DNA of 64,000 nt from Octopus bimaculoides. Taxonomy: Eukaryota. The notes below the pieces were generated by a model, which saw only the letters and a list, made by a program, of their open reading frames with translations, was not told the origin of the DNA and ran no database searches. The DNA lies in NCBI RefSeq assembly GCF_001194135.2, contig NC_068983.1:129649468-129713467 (forward strand), read 5' to 3'. Numbering within the stretch: the stretch's first letter is position 1; each line of letters starts with the position of its first letter. This document shows, in pieces, positions 1 to 12,435 of the stretch. The position numbers were made by a program, and so were the translations under genes.

Positions 1-40
1 TTTCGGGTATTTCCGTTACCTCATCAGTTAAGACACCTCG
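1..40 (-). ncRNA. Minimal hammerhead-ribozyme-like motif (PLE type), cut by the window edge
   Basis: Minus strand reads gtgtcttaa-CTGATGA-GGTA-acggaaa-TACC-c-GAAA: both core boxes flank a 4-bp stem II. Stem III and the cleavage site would lie outside the window. Confidence 0.45.
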
Positions 41-1426
41 ATTGTTTGGCTCCTTCTGTACTCGCTTTAGCATCAGTATTTATATTTTCGTCATCCAATT
101 CATTGAGTGTTTTAGGGATTTGCTAATGTTTATATATAAAATTAATATAAACAACAGTTTGCAATGTTTCAAAAAGAAGGAGGATTATAACTGTCGCTAA
201 ATATGTATAGGGTTAGGAAACACTTACATTGCTGCAAAGAGTAACAGCGAAACTGTGCTTATGTGGTAGTAATCGCACATAAATGAAAACGTATGAACTA
301 GCAGGGAGCAAAATCTTCTGAAAAGTGTGTATATACATATTTGCGAATCACTAAGTCATCCAATATTTTGGATGACGAAAACATAAATCCTAATGGTGAA
401 GCCTGTCTGGAAAGAAAGAAACAAACTGCTGGAAATGACGTCATTATTAATAATTCTCGATCTACAATTTTCAAACAGTTAGGTTCCCTATTAGAGGATG
501 TTCCCTCATTCATGTGCGTTAACTAGATCATTAGAGTTGTTTACGTCTTATTTCTAGCAATGTAGGTATCTCCTAACATCGCAGTCAAGTTTACTGAAAA
601 TTATTTATATNNNNNNNNNNNNNNNNNNNNNNNNNNNNNNNNNNNNNNNNNNNNNNNNNNNNNNNNNNNNNNNNNNNNNNNNNNNNNNNNNNNNNNNNNN
701 NNNNNNNNNNGTTATAAAAATAAAACTACTGAACAATAATAATATTAATAATAATAATAACAATAATAATAACAATAATAACAATAATAAATGAATAGTT
801 TTATGACCTATTAACTAAACTTAATAATCGCAATAATAATTTTTATAATATTGTATGGTTTGTAGCGTGTATTCCAATTGCAACAATCGAAATGTTTTAG
901 TTGTGAAATAATTATTTAAATTCTGATATACTATTTATAGCCATTTATCTAAAAAAATAATATTAATTATGTGTACACATGTGCTTTTTGTTTATGTTAC
1001 TTTACTTTACTTACTTACTGAGTTCTCTTTTCCTTAATATACGGATATAGAGACATATATTTGTTAGTCACAATGAATAATCCTTATTTATGTATCTTCG
1101 AATTTGGTTACTTCTGAAAAAATTTAAAATATTTTTGATATCGATTATTATAGCTTCACTCTATATCCATGGGATAATATAGGTTTCTCTTCGTAACTTT
1201 TACAGAATTCTCTATGCATCCCTTCATAATTTTCATGCAATTCTCCCTCCTATAAGCAACGTAAATAAAGAACATTTTTGTGTCGTTACTTGCTCTAAAC
1301 AATTGTTATATCAATATCTTTAAATAAAGCAGATTTGTTATATAATATTATATGATATAATCTTATTTGTATTTATTTAGACATTTTATTACCATCTCTA
1401 GATTAAGTAACACCCTGATATTTAAT

Positions 1427-1482
<56 letters not shown>

Positions 1483-1948
1483 ATGCTATAACAAATGGCC
1501 AACGATTGTATTCGACCTAAACGAATTTTGATTAATTTTATATGACTTACATATAAATATATTTCCATAATTGCTGATTCAATTTAGTCATTTTGTGCGT
1601 AATTATTTTCGTGTATTATTTTAATCATAACTGTTAAGAAGTTGAAACTTTAAAGCACACGCTCCTAAACATATGTATTTGAATTAATTTTTGTGCAATC
1701 TAGCCGTCTTTCAGACGTAATTTTTCCCTCTTTTAAACCAGAGCTCTGAAGAGACTTATATAGATGGATGTCAATTGTTTGTCAATCGAATCATGAATAT
1801 AAGTCGAAAGAAATTGTTGGCTTTTGGGGTTTTCTAGTGATTTTAAAAAAATGCTATATTATATAATATTCATAGAATATTATGTTATATTATAATATGA
1901 TTACTCATTATATTGTGAACTGAATCATTCAAAGTGTCAATTTAATTT

Positions 1949-1991
<43 letters not shown>

Positions 1992-2068
1992 TTTTTATAT
2001 ATACTTTTTATATGCATGTGTATAGACAGACGGATAAAGCGTACCTATGTGAGACTGGGCGATGTGTG

Positions 2069-2290
2069 GGTTTATGAGCGAAACATCTAAGTTCAAGACG
2101 GCTCCAGCAGAAGGTTATGACGAACCGCTGACTCTTTCGCCACTACTTCTCTCAGTCTTTCTTCCTGCATCTAGCGGCTTACCTGCGATTGACCAGTGCT
2201 CCCTCCAGGTGAGGAACCTATACGCCAATCAAACTAGGAAACCAGCCGTTATGAACCAGGCATGGTAAGAGAAGGGACAAACAACAAGAA
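2069..2290 (+). mobile_element. 5'-truncated, decayed copy of the tRNA-derived SINE at 11149-11458
   Basis: Colinear similarity within the window: gggcgatgtgtgggtttatgagcgaaacatctaagttc vs gggcgttgtgtgtgcttattgagcgaacacatctaaaagttc. Also shared are ctctttcgcc, ctttcttcctg, ctgcgat.gac..g and aaac..g.gaaccagcc.tatg. Confidence 0.8.
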
Positions 2291-3775
2291 TGAAAGAGAT
2301 ATAAAAGAACGAAAAGCATATGATGATAGAGTGATATAAATATATTAAGCAATGGGCGATATCCATTCTGTTAATTCAATAAAAAATTCGTGGAATATTT
2401 GAAATTAAACTGCTAATTTTCGCAATCCGTATGATGCCTACCTATATAGTTTGTATTAGTTAGGCGTCTGTAGATATAATAATTTGACAGACCTCTCACA
2501 AATTCCCGATTGCTATTGCAACCTCAGCCAACATTTATCCTCCTATTCGAATTTCAGCCAACATTTATCCTCCTATTCAGTATCATACAAGTGACATACT
2601 AAGTTTGATATATTGGTAAAACTCCCATATATCTTGATGCTTTACCCCTATGTTAGAAACAAGCATTAATATATAGAGATATCGAATTGACTAAATTGCT
2701 ACAACGTCTTACTTAAAATTATGCCGATTTCAATTCCGTGTAGCACAACGTAAATATCAATAAGTTATATGGCAATAACTTACAAATCATTAGAAAGTAT
2801 GCATGACAGGTATTTTTGACTAGCGAAATACTATGTAATCTCAAATTGTGCTTATTGCAACGGTTACAATTAATTTGATCTAGTTTTTGGATATTGGAAT
2901 ATATTTGAATTAATCTAGATATGTCTGAAAGGGTAATTTCGAATGAATACCATACTTCAGAGTTGGGTAGTGCTTAATTTTCAAATTAAACGTTTTATAT
3001 TACTTATTATGTCTTAAAGTGCACCATCGAATAAGTGACCTAGCAGAGTTTTGATGTTCTCCTTTACTGCAACTAACAATATACATGAATATAACATTAT
3101 AAGATTAAATGCCTTTGGGATTCCACATACTATTAGCATTTAAATGTTCGCTTAGAATTAAGTGTGCAAGAGGTTTAGAATCTAAAAAGTACGAGAAGTG
3201 ATGAATATAAACTAGGTAATCTGTCATAATGATTGGCTTTATTTTAACAGAGGAAAGGCGTTAATCTAATTGTTACGTTGAAACAAAATGAATCGAAAAG
3301 CTTCCCTGTAGGTATTAGGAGTCGCTTATGAAAGGGATAAATATATCCGAAAGTTATAAGGGATGTAAATTAGAAAACTTCACAACAAGTTTAAATAAAT
3401 ATTTCAACGCATGTCTCCCATATCCTATAATGTACAGCCTGTGTATAACTTATACTTTTATAATTTATGTTGAAGTAAAATGAAAATGCGCAAACATGAT
3501 TTGAAAAAGTGGACCAAAGGAAAGAGCGTGTATGGCTATAGGTTCAACAAACTGAATAATTCTAGAATTTACAGCAAAAAATAAAAAGTTGCCGAGTCGT
3601 ATCAAAAACTGTGACTGTTTTCTTTTTTGATATGAATGACTAGAAAAAGAAGTAGGGGGTATGTTTCAAAATATTTGAATGATTTAAGATAAAGCATATT
3701 TTATAAAAAATGCAATATATTCAATAGTGTAATCCATATGTTATTCATTATCTGAATATTTCTCGCTGCCTGTAG

Positions 3776-3894
3776 GCGCGAATTGCATGGAAGATATTTC
3801 ACAATTTAAAGTAATGCCATGCGCGTGTGGTAAAAATTTAGTTGCCCGGGAAGAAAGTACTGCGCAGCTACATAGTCCTGGATTCAGTACAACT
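3776..3894 (+). CDS. Candidate exon or pseudo-exon, EGF-end/CUB-start-like: (G)ANCMEDISQFKVMPCACGKNLVAREESTAQLHSPGFSTT
   Basis: Acceptor ttctcgctgcctgtag| at 3775 and donor |gtatga at 3895; open frame; locally GC/CpG-rich. CG..L.....LHSPGF resembles the CUB N-terminal consensus. No partner exons identified. Confidence 0.3.
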
Positions 3895-4000
3895 GTATGA
3901 CACCTTGAAGGACTGTTTTGAACTATTAACTCTAGCCGATCGTAAGAGTATTTCGGAAACGGAAACATAACGAAAACAGGTGTATATATGTATATCAATG

Positions 4001-4032
<32 letters not shown>

Positions 4033-4112
4033 AATGTGTATACATATATGTATGGGCATCTGTGTGTGCGCTTGTTTCTGTGTGAATATATATAATTATA
4101 CGTGTCTTTGCA

Positions 4113-4310
4113 TCACTGTTTTTACCTACTACCCTACGACAGCAGGTGCTGATATGTTTACATCCCTTAACTTAGTGGTGTGGTGTGGTGGACCAATAAA
4201 ATAAGTATCGGGGTTAAGAAACAGATATGTACTGGAGTTGATGCGTTCTACTCTAAGTCTTCGAGGCGGTGCCCATCATGGCCGCAGCCTGCTGACCGAA
4301 ACAAATAAAA
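4113..4310 (+). mobile_element. SINE 3' half (abundant octopus-type family), downstream of a (GT)n tract
   Basis: Matches the reverse complement of 15425-15620 (tgtttacatccc..aactt; aataagta; catggccgcag..tgac.gaaacaaataaaa). Confidence 0.75.
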
Positions 4311-4869
4311 CAATGATAGACTATCATAATTTCCAACTTACATTCGAAATGTTAACTATGAAGCATAACAGTCATACACATATTATATACAGGTTTAAAA
4401 CTATAAAGTCTTTTTGAAATAATGTTTACCCTAATATCTAAACTAAGACTATTCCGATTCAACATTAGCTAAATAAAATAAAGGTAGATATAATTGCAGG
4501 TAACAATATTAAGAAAAAGTCCTAGACAATCATTAAACCTGCTAGAAAGAATAGACTAATCTTAGTGAAATCAGCTCAAACTATAATCAAAAACAGCTAT
4601 TACTGGAAAATGTCGAGCTATTTAGATAATATCTGTTACAAAGATGGGATATTCACGACCGAAACTACTTTGATGATAAGAGTGTTCGAAAAGAATTGAC
4701 GAAAATTAAACGAACCATGCATAAAGTAATATTATTTTTACATAACTGACAATTGCAAATTTACGTTGATCTCATTGCTATTGCGAAACTCCTGAACAGA
4801 CCTGCATCTTCCGACGAAATTTTCTATGAGATCAAGCGACTTTATTCACGCCGTTTTCGAAAGCACTTA

Positions 4870-4920
<51 letters not shown>

Positions 4921-5215
4921 NNNNNNNNNNNNNNNNNNNNNNNNNNNNNNNNNNNNNNNNNNNNNNNNNNNNNNNNNNNNNNNNNNNNNNNNNNNNNNNN
5001 NNNNNNNNNNNNNNNNNNNNNNNNNNNNNNNNNNNNNNNNNNNNNNNNNNNNNNNNNNNNNNNNNNNNNNNNNNNNNNNNNNNNNNNNNNNNNNNNNNNN
5101 NNNNNNNNNNNNNNNNNNNNNNNNNNNNNNNNNNNNNNNNNNNNNNNNNNNNNNNNNNNNNNNNNNNNNNNNNNNNNNNNNNNNNNNNNNNNNNNNNNNN
5201 NNNNNNNNNNNNNNN

Positions 5216-5250
<35 letters not shown>

Positions 5251-6689
5251 CATAAACAATGCTACCCTGCATGAAATGTCCATACTATGTTCGAAAGCAG
5301 CAAACTTAATGATGATTATTTAGCACTGTCTCTCTAGACAAGAAATCTGTAAATTGTTTTCATACTTGATTTGACATTTTAACGGATCCACTAGCCTTCA
5401 CGAACTCTAGGGAATTAGATACCTGCCACATCGTCTTCTTTGTGTTTCACACTATGAGTCCAATATCCGTTGCATATCCATTGCCAAAAGCATATGATTC
5501 ATAACTAAAAAATAACAAGTAGGTTTTGAGAAGAAAATGTGTAATTTTGGAGTTACTCATAATGATAGGAACACAATACTCTGAGCAATAACTTCAAACT
5601 ATCACAATACGTCAATCAAGTATTTTAATGCGGCAAACAGCTTGAAGTAGACACGTTAAGCGTTTAATATGTCGAAACTTACCTGATTGCAAAATGCAAG
5701 AATAGCTACGCCCATAAATTGTCTTGATATTCCCAAACTTACACGATTTCCTATTTATATTCTATGAAGCACATGATACTAGTGAAGACCTATCACTGTA
5801 TCGAACTACTGATAGATCGGTTAGCAGTCTCTGCTCTCTGGAACGAATATGTTATTCAAATTCGGAATTGATTGAAAACATTGGTACCAGTAATCAGATG
5901 CAATGACATGAAATGCTCGCAATCTCCCGCGACAAAACATCATCGAAACGTTGTTGGAGTATGTAATGGCATCAAGTGTTTAATCTCATACAGAAAAAAT
6001 CCAACATTCAACTTGAAGAAGGAGAATGTTTATATCTGCACCGCACAACTTTATCACTACATTTCAGAAACACGAATTATGGGATATATTCTCCATTACA
6101 TGGATGCAATCACGAATTCCAAAATTTTAGAAAGCAAACAATATTTCTCTCACTGTTTAGATGACCCTGATCTAGGCTGCACTGAAAATATTGTTTAAAC
6201 AATATCGGTATATGCATCAATGGTATCACAATCCCTCATCTGCATATATATAGTTAGGATCAATGTAATATATCTCGAAAGGGGCTTTGTAGGAAAAGCT
6301 GGTGCAGCACGCACGCTGTACTATTAGAAACCTAGGTAAATCTATGGGTCAATCTTAAGCATTTAAATTTCCTCTGACCGAGGGATATACAGTAACTCTA
6401 CCGGATAGTGATGTCTATATGCCAACGTAATTTGGTAGTCCTTTAAAGGACGATGTTACTGTTGTTTTAGCTTCAAAGAAGCATATTTTCCAGTTGACTA
6501 TTGACACACAGTTTGTGCCCATATAGCATTGACTATCGACACACAGTTTGTGTCCGTATAGCATTGCCCCCCACATCTCTATCCCTATCTGATGCAGATA
6601 TATATTCTGACTAGGTTTGTGAACTGTGCAAACCATTCTCCCTCTCTAATCAACTCCATAATCATAATCTACCATCAAAATCTACCAAA

Positions 6690-7020
6690 GTGTTTGACCT
6701 TAGCCAGTTGAGCATGTCCCTTGGTGGCTGACGATATGTGCATCTCTGATCATGAGCAGAAGTAGTGGGGGAGCATCATAGCCATGTGTTGAGAGGAATT
6801 ATTTCGGGTTTGGATAATTCATCTTTGGAAACATTGGTGTTTTGCTCAACATCCTTAAACATACCTTATTTAGGGACCTTTTGAGCAGGATGCGCTATTC
6901 GACGTGAAGAAAATTCTTACAGGGCCCCACCTGCGAGGTCGTGTGCTGTTTATCTTGATATGAGACCACCATGTCACGCACATATGGTTGTGATGCATGT
7001 GCCTGGTATACCCTTATCAC
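6690..7020 (+). repeat. Dispersed ~0.35-kb interspersed repeat (retroposon-like), three copies in the window
   Basis: 6880-7020 aligns with 30125-30320 and 31577-31810 (cacctgc.agg.c.tg...tgtttatcttgatat....caccatgtc.cgcacatatg..tgtg.tgcatgt). The 31.6-kb copy ends in an (AAT)n tail. Confidence 0.75.
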
Positions 7021-8408
7021 TTTGTTATCTTTTCTTATAGGTGCAAAAGCTTATTTAATTGAATATGGCTTCACTTGTGTAAATATACATAAATATGTAT
7101 ATATGGCCATATGTATGTTTTCAGGAAAAAAATAATTAATTAATGCTGCTTCTATCTGTACATATATAAGAAAGTAAACTGAGTCATCAATTTGCTTATA
7201 GGCAGAGTGGTGAAACAAACTTATTATATATGTAGGTAATCGATTATTGATTGTGATTGTATTCTGTGTTAATTTTTGTAAGAACTTGATCGCAGAACAG
7301 TAGTGAAAATTGCAATAAACGTTTTGATCAATGTATCTTTTAAATTTATTAGTTGCACATCCTTCAAAATACGCTGTGTTGTCTTAGAAATAAGAATCAC
7401 TTTGAGAGTTTGCTAATACATACATTGTGAGTATGATGAAATAATATATATCAAGTTGAGAAGGTAAACGCTCGTGTTCATAGATAAACATGATCTCAAC
7501 CGAGCCTAAGGTATACAACAGTATAAGGAAAACTACTGTTCGATACTTAAGGGGTCAGTTTGATATCGACGGCTGAGATACTGCGTGTTTATTGGGGTTT
7601 TTTTTTTGTTGTTTTTATCGCTGATATGAAGAATACTTTTCACCATTTATAGTGAATAATAATAATCTATTTCTTTCACCACCTTGAATTATTTTAGTAG
7701 AGTGAATATACCCCATTACTTATTTTCTTAAACCTGGTTTTTATTCTATAGGTCTGTCTTTACAAACGGCTGAGTTAATTAATGTCCAGATACATTTCAA
7801 AACTATATTTGCAGATAACCGAAAATATTGCACATTATTTGTTTGTGAGAGAAGGCATAAAATATTGTATGTCTAATTGTTGACTCATTACTAGTTAATA
7901 TTTGGTTATTGAATACGTTGATCATCCGCTCTGTCTTTGCTGATCATTTTATAGTTGTCATAAATGCCTAAGTACAAATTGTTAGCATCGCCAGGCGTAA
8001 TGTTTACTGGGAAATAGCATATATTAATCTTCATGCATGTTCCCTCCTTCGCTTTTCTGATCCTACCGGGTGATTTCCTCTTCATATCTTTAATTATCTT
8101 CAACAGTAAGGCTGCCAATATAAACTACGGATATTAATATTTATAAGATTCATTATGATATAGCTTTCATCAACTATACAATTGATATTTGAGCCATGCG
8201 TTGACCATCGCATAGATGATCATACACGTTTCTCCAAAAGTGAGACACGCCAGATTTAGGATTTCATTTCTTGCTTCAAATACACCATCTCCATCGATAC
8301 TTGTAAAATGTAGAGGTAAAATTGTTGGGCAAGGTTCAGAGGAAGATAAAGTGAGTAGTCCGATATCGCTCATTAACTGAAAGAACCCTATGAACATTAT
8401 TTAGATAA

Positions 8409-8525
8409 CTTACATTATTTACACTTGACGGATAAAACAACGTTTTAGCTGATATACTCTCCTGCCATCATGGGGTGTCTTGAGGAAATTTCGAACCTGG
8501 GTTCTCATTCTTAAGGTATATTTTG

Positions 8526-8591
<66 letters not shown>

Positions 8592-8739
8592 CAACAACAC
8601 CGAAAAATACCTTAGGAATGAGACCCAGGTTCGAAATTTCCCCAAGAAACCTGATGAAGGCTGGACGATAAAGCGGGCGAAACGTTATGTTAAAACAAAC
8701 ATGACGAGGACAAATATCCATAAAACGTAAATAATGTAA
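8409..8739. repeat. Head-to-head inverted pair of PLE-type terminal repeats around a (TAA)n tract
   Basis: 8409-8525 is the reverse complement of 8599-8739, with a ~22-bp indel. Shared core: ataccttaRgaatgaga(a)cccaggttcgaaatttccYcaaga. Confidence 0.85.
8646..8691 (+). ncRNA. Decayed minimal hammerhead-like motif
   Basis: CTGATGA at 8651-8657, GAAA at 8679-8682, palindromic AACGTT stem III (8681-8686). The inverted copy supplies gacac (stem I) and cagct (stem II 3' arm). Confidence 0.55.
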
Positions 8740-8799
8740 ATAATGGGATGAATGCGTGTCGTGAGCTAGAAGTTGATCTGGACAGTTTTTCGAAGGTCT

Positions 8800-9053
8800 T
8801 CGCTGGTGATGGAAGTTGATGCTACGGAATTTGCAGATGTGGAAGAGATGAAGACACAAACGATAGAGACTTTAAAAGGCATCACTTCGCAAGAGTTCCA
8901 GCAATGCTTCGAACGGAGGAAAGCGCATCTAGACCGACCAAGGCATTGCTTCAAATGGTGAATATTGTTTAGGCGATAAAAGCGTAAACATGTAAGACTC
9001 AGTGAATAAAATAAGATTGCAAAGTTCTGGTTTGTTTTGGGTACACCCACGCA
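8800..9053 (+). mobile_element. Mariner transposase C-terminal remnant with a probable right TIR
   Basis: Translation FADVEEMKTQTIETLKGITSQEFQQCFE, then (frameshifted) ..IASNGEY, typical of a mariner C-terminus. Ends in ttctggtttgttttgggtacacccacg. Confidence 0.75.
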
Positions 9054-10774
9054 TGACTACAATATACTACTTTTAATCAGATGTTTGCAAAATTATTCGC
9101 AATTACAAAGAATGAGTTGTGTTTTGTCTTGAAATCTTGTGCTGTTTTGCTGCCGTCATTATATAGTCTTTCACTAAACAGTTCTTCTTGCTTGAGAAGT
9201 TGAATGGGCATTGATATAAAAAATTGTAAAGTAATAAAATGTATTCATAAAAACACAATGGATATCATGGAATATATCTTCATACATTAGTAAACCGTAT
9301 CAAAATGTGTATTGAACACATTAAATATTAGAAAGAGTGGAAGTTTGATGCTGTACAGTATTATCCTCTTCTAAATTTATATTACTCAAACTCTGCTGTT
9401 ACTGAGGATATAGAAACGTTCATTCAACAACAATTCCAATTGATATATTATTTCTTACGGATAATGATGTTTTCTTTTTTTTTTTACAATTTTCTTGGGT
9501 TTTATTTATGAATTGTGCCCCAAGTACATTAATGGTAATATCTCAGAATAATGAAGGCCTAAACTGTGCAGTTTTGTCATGCTTTTCATTTACAGAACGG
9601 ATCTGGTGATCAGTAATCGAAAGAGGAAACATTGAAAACGTATTATAGTCACCAATTGAGAAAAACGCAATGCATTTGTGTTTAAATAACTGGAAGCCGA
9701 TGGCAGTTGGGTTATGTGCAGATACAGTACATTTCCCGATATGGAACAACTCAGTTTTACACAAGCGGGCATGTAAATATCTACCAAATTTATAAGACTG
9801 AATTGAAGGAAATACATAACATACATATACAATTGGATATTCTCATTCAGCTCATTCGGAATACACTTGAGAGTAGTTACTGCACTTGTTTCTAATCTAT
9901 TGTATATGTATTACCAGTTATGACATCGCATAATCACCGTAGATCATTCTTGAAATCTAAATCAGGATTATAATTCATTCTGAGTAATGAGATGTTCGAG
10001 TGTGTGTCGCTTGTGAGGTCTAAAAGAAATTACATTACGTTTGCTTACTAGTTAACTCATTATCTCTGATAGAAACATTGCATTTTTCCTTATAGCCAAA
10101 TAAAGCTGCAACCTGTGCCAAGTCATTTACAGCAAAACGGACGAAGATAGATCTCGTTTACTGGAGAAATTAATGCCAACAATTCTTACACAAACACTAT
10201 GTTTATTTTCCTCTTTACCTTGAATCTGAGTTTATAGGTCCAACAAACCCTTCGGCAGCTACAATTTCACTAATTATCTTCACGTCATATGATCAAGAAT
10301 AGAAGGAATAAGTTTATAAAAATAGCTTTGTTTAGTTTGGTAAGTATTGTTGATATCACGCACCGAAACAGGCTGATGTACATAGCAAAGGCTTCTAAAA
10401 CACATAATTATAAACTACCATGAGGTCGGTAACATGAAAGAAATACTAAAACTTCGATGAAGGCATTGTATATATTTGTGTGCACGTGTGTTTTTATTTA
10501 TATACTATGTGTCTATACATGGGTGTGTGTGTTTTATGTCTGTCTGTTTGCATGTGTGTTTGTTTGCGTATGTGTGTAAGTGTGTGTTGTCTGTATCATT
10601 GAACTCTCTTATGCCCTAACGGATTTCTATTTCTGTGTAAATATGTACGTATATGTTCGTATATACATACTTATGTAAAAATTACACAAAGATTCAATGC
10701 AGGTAGGGCAAGAGAAAGAGAGTGTCTGAGAGAGATAGACATAAATATGTAGCTCTGTGAGTGAATGAATATCG

Positions 10775-10807
<33 letters not shown>

Positions 10808-10924
10808 TATACATTGGAGTTTGCGTGTTCACCGCCTTGATTATGTGTTCTCGTGATTATACTTATGTGTAGGTATCTATGCCCGGATATTTCACTTGAC
10901 TTGTTGGTATGCGAGCAAATCATA

Positions 10925-10988
<64 letters not shown>

Positions 10989-11148
10989 CTCGCTTATTCA
11001 TTCACGTACAGGGACATTCGCACACTTATGTACGTAATTAATCTTTGTAGTGATGCATACGCATGTGCAAGCATATGTACTCGCATCCTTACATATGTAT
11101 ATGTGTGTGTGTGTGTTTATGTGTGTGTATGGGTGTGTGTGTGTGTTT

Positions 11149-11458
11149 GGAGGCGCAATGGCACAGTGTTTAGGGCAGGGGATTCGCGGTCGGAAGATCG
11201 CTGTTTCGATTCCCAGACCGGGCGTTGTGTGTGCTTATTGAGCGAACACATCTAAAAGTTCCACGAGGCTCCGGCAGTGGGGGGGGGGCAACCCCTGTTG
11301 TACTCTTTCGCCCCAGATTTCTCTCACTCTTTCTTCCTGTTTCTTGAGTAAAATGCTGCGATGGACTGGCGTCCCGTCCAGCTAATGGGGAACACATACG
11401 CCATGAAAACTGGGGAACCAGCCCTATGCCCCACAAGGGGCTAAGAGGATGTCCAACA
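11149..11458 (+). mobile_element. tRNA-derived SINE, near full length
   Basis: Pol III A box tggcacagtgt (11159-11169) and B box gtttcgattcc (11203-11213). A second copy lies at 2069-2290. Internal ctgcgatggactggcgtcccgtccag (11356-11381) resembles, from memory, the V-domain of V-SINEs. Confidence 0.85.
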
Positions 11459-11849
11459 GATATATATGTATATNNNNNNNNNNNNNNNNNNNNNNNNNNN
11501 NNNNNNNNNNNNNNNNNNNNNNNNNNNNNNNNNNNNNNNNNNNNNNNNNNNTATATATACATATATTCAATACATCATAAACAAAGTAAGAAAAAACAGG
11601 AAAAAAAAAACAACGCGATGATGTGCAATAAGTACTGTGTTATTGGACGCCTAGGAAAGGAAAGAAAAGAAGGAGGATTTCACGTATAGAGCAGAGCTTT
11701 TCATCAGAAATATAGCAAAAGTCCTAAGAAGGGAAGACCGAGAAAGAAAAACGCCAACGATACACAAGCAGTCACATATTGAAATGACCGAAAGGGGAAG
11801 GCTGGAGAATAAGTTCTTTTCAAAGAGAGGGGAGGGCAAGTGAAGGAGG

Positions 11850-12384
11850 TATGTGTGTGTATGTGTGAGTATGTGCGTGCGCGTAAGTCTCTGTGTATGT
11901 AATGACAGCACATGTATGTGTGTGTATGTGTGTGTTTGTGTGGTTGTGGCTGTTTATATATGTGTGTGGATGGACAGAATATCGTTTAATGTCTTAGGAA
12001 GAATTTATAGTAAGAATTTTAGCAGGAGTGGCTGCATGTTGTGTGTCTACATACACATGGCGTAGGAGAATGGTCAGTGGAAAGGTACTGGTAGTTTCAA
12101 ATATGTGTGTCTGCGTATATGTATATGTAGTGCGTGTGTGTTTTGTTTCCAGTGGGCGTCTCTGTATGTATGTATGTGTGTGTGTACGGGTGGTTATGTG
12201 TGTACATGTCAGGTTGTGCCTGTGGAATATCAGTACTTTACTCTATGTGTGTGTGCGTGTGTGTGCTTGTATGTGCGTGTGTGTGCGTACATGTATGTCT
12301 AATTGTGTGAGTGTATGTATCAGTGTGTGTTGTGTGTGTATGGGAGGTGTGGGTGGATTCATCTTCGCGTGCGTGTATGTGTGC

Positions 12385-12435
<51 letters not shown>

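Noticed and set aside
5872-6198. 108-aa Cys-containing ORF
   Set aside because: No recognisable domain or convincing splice context; length is within chance expectation.
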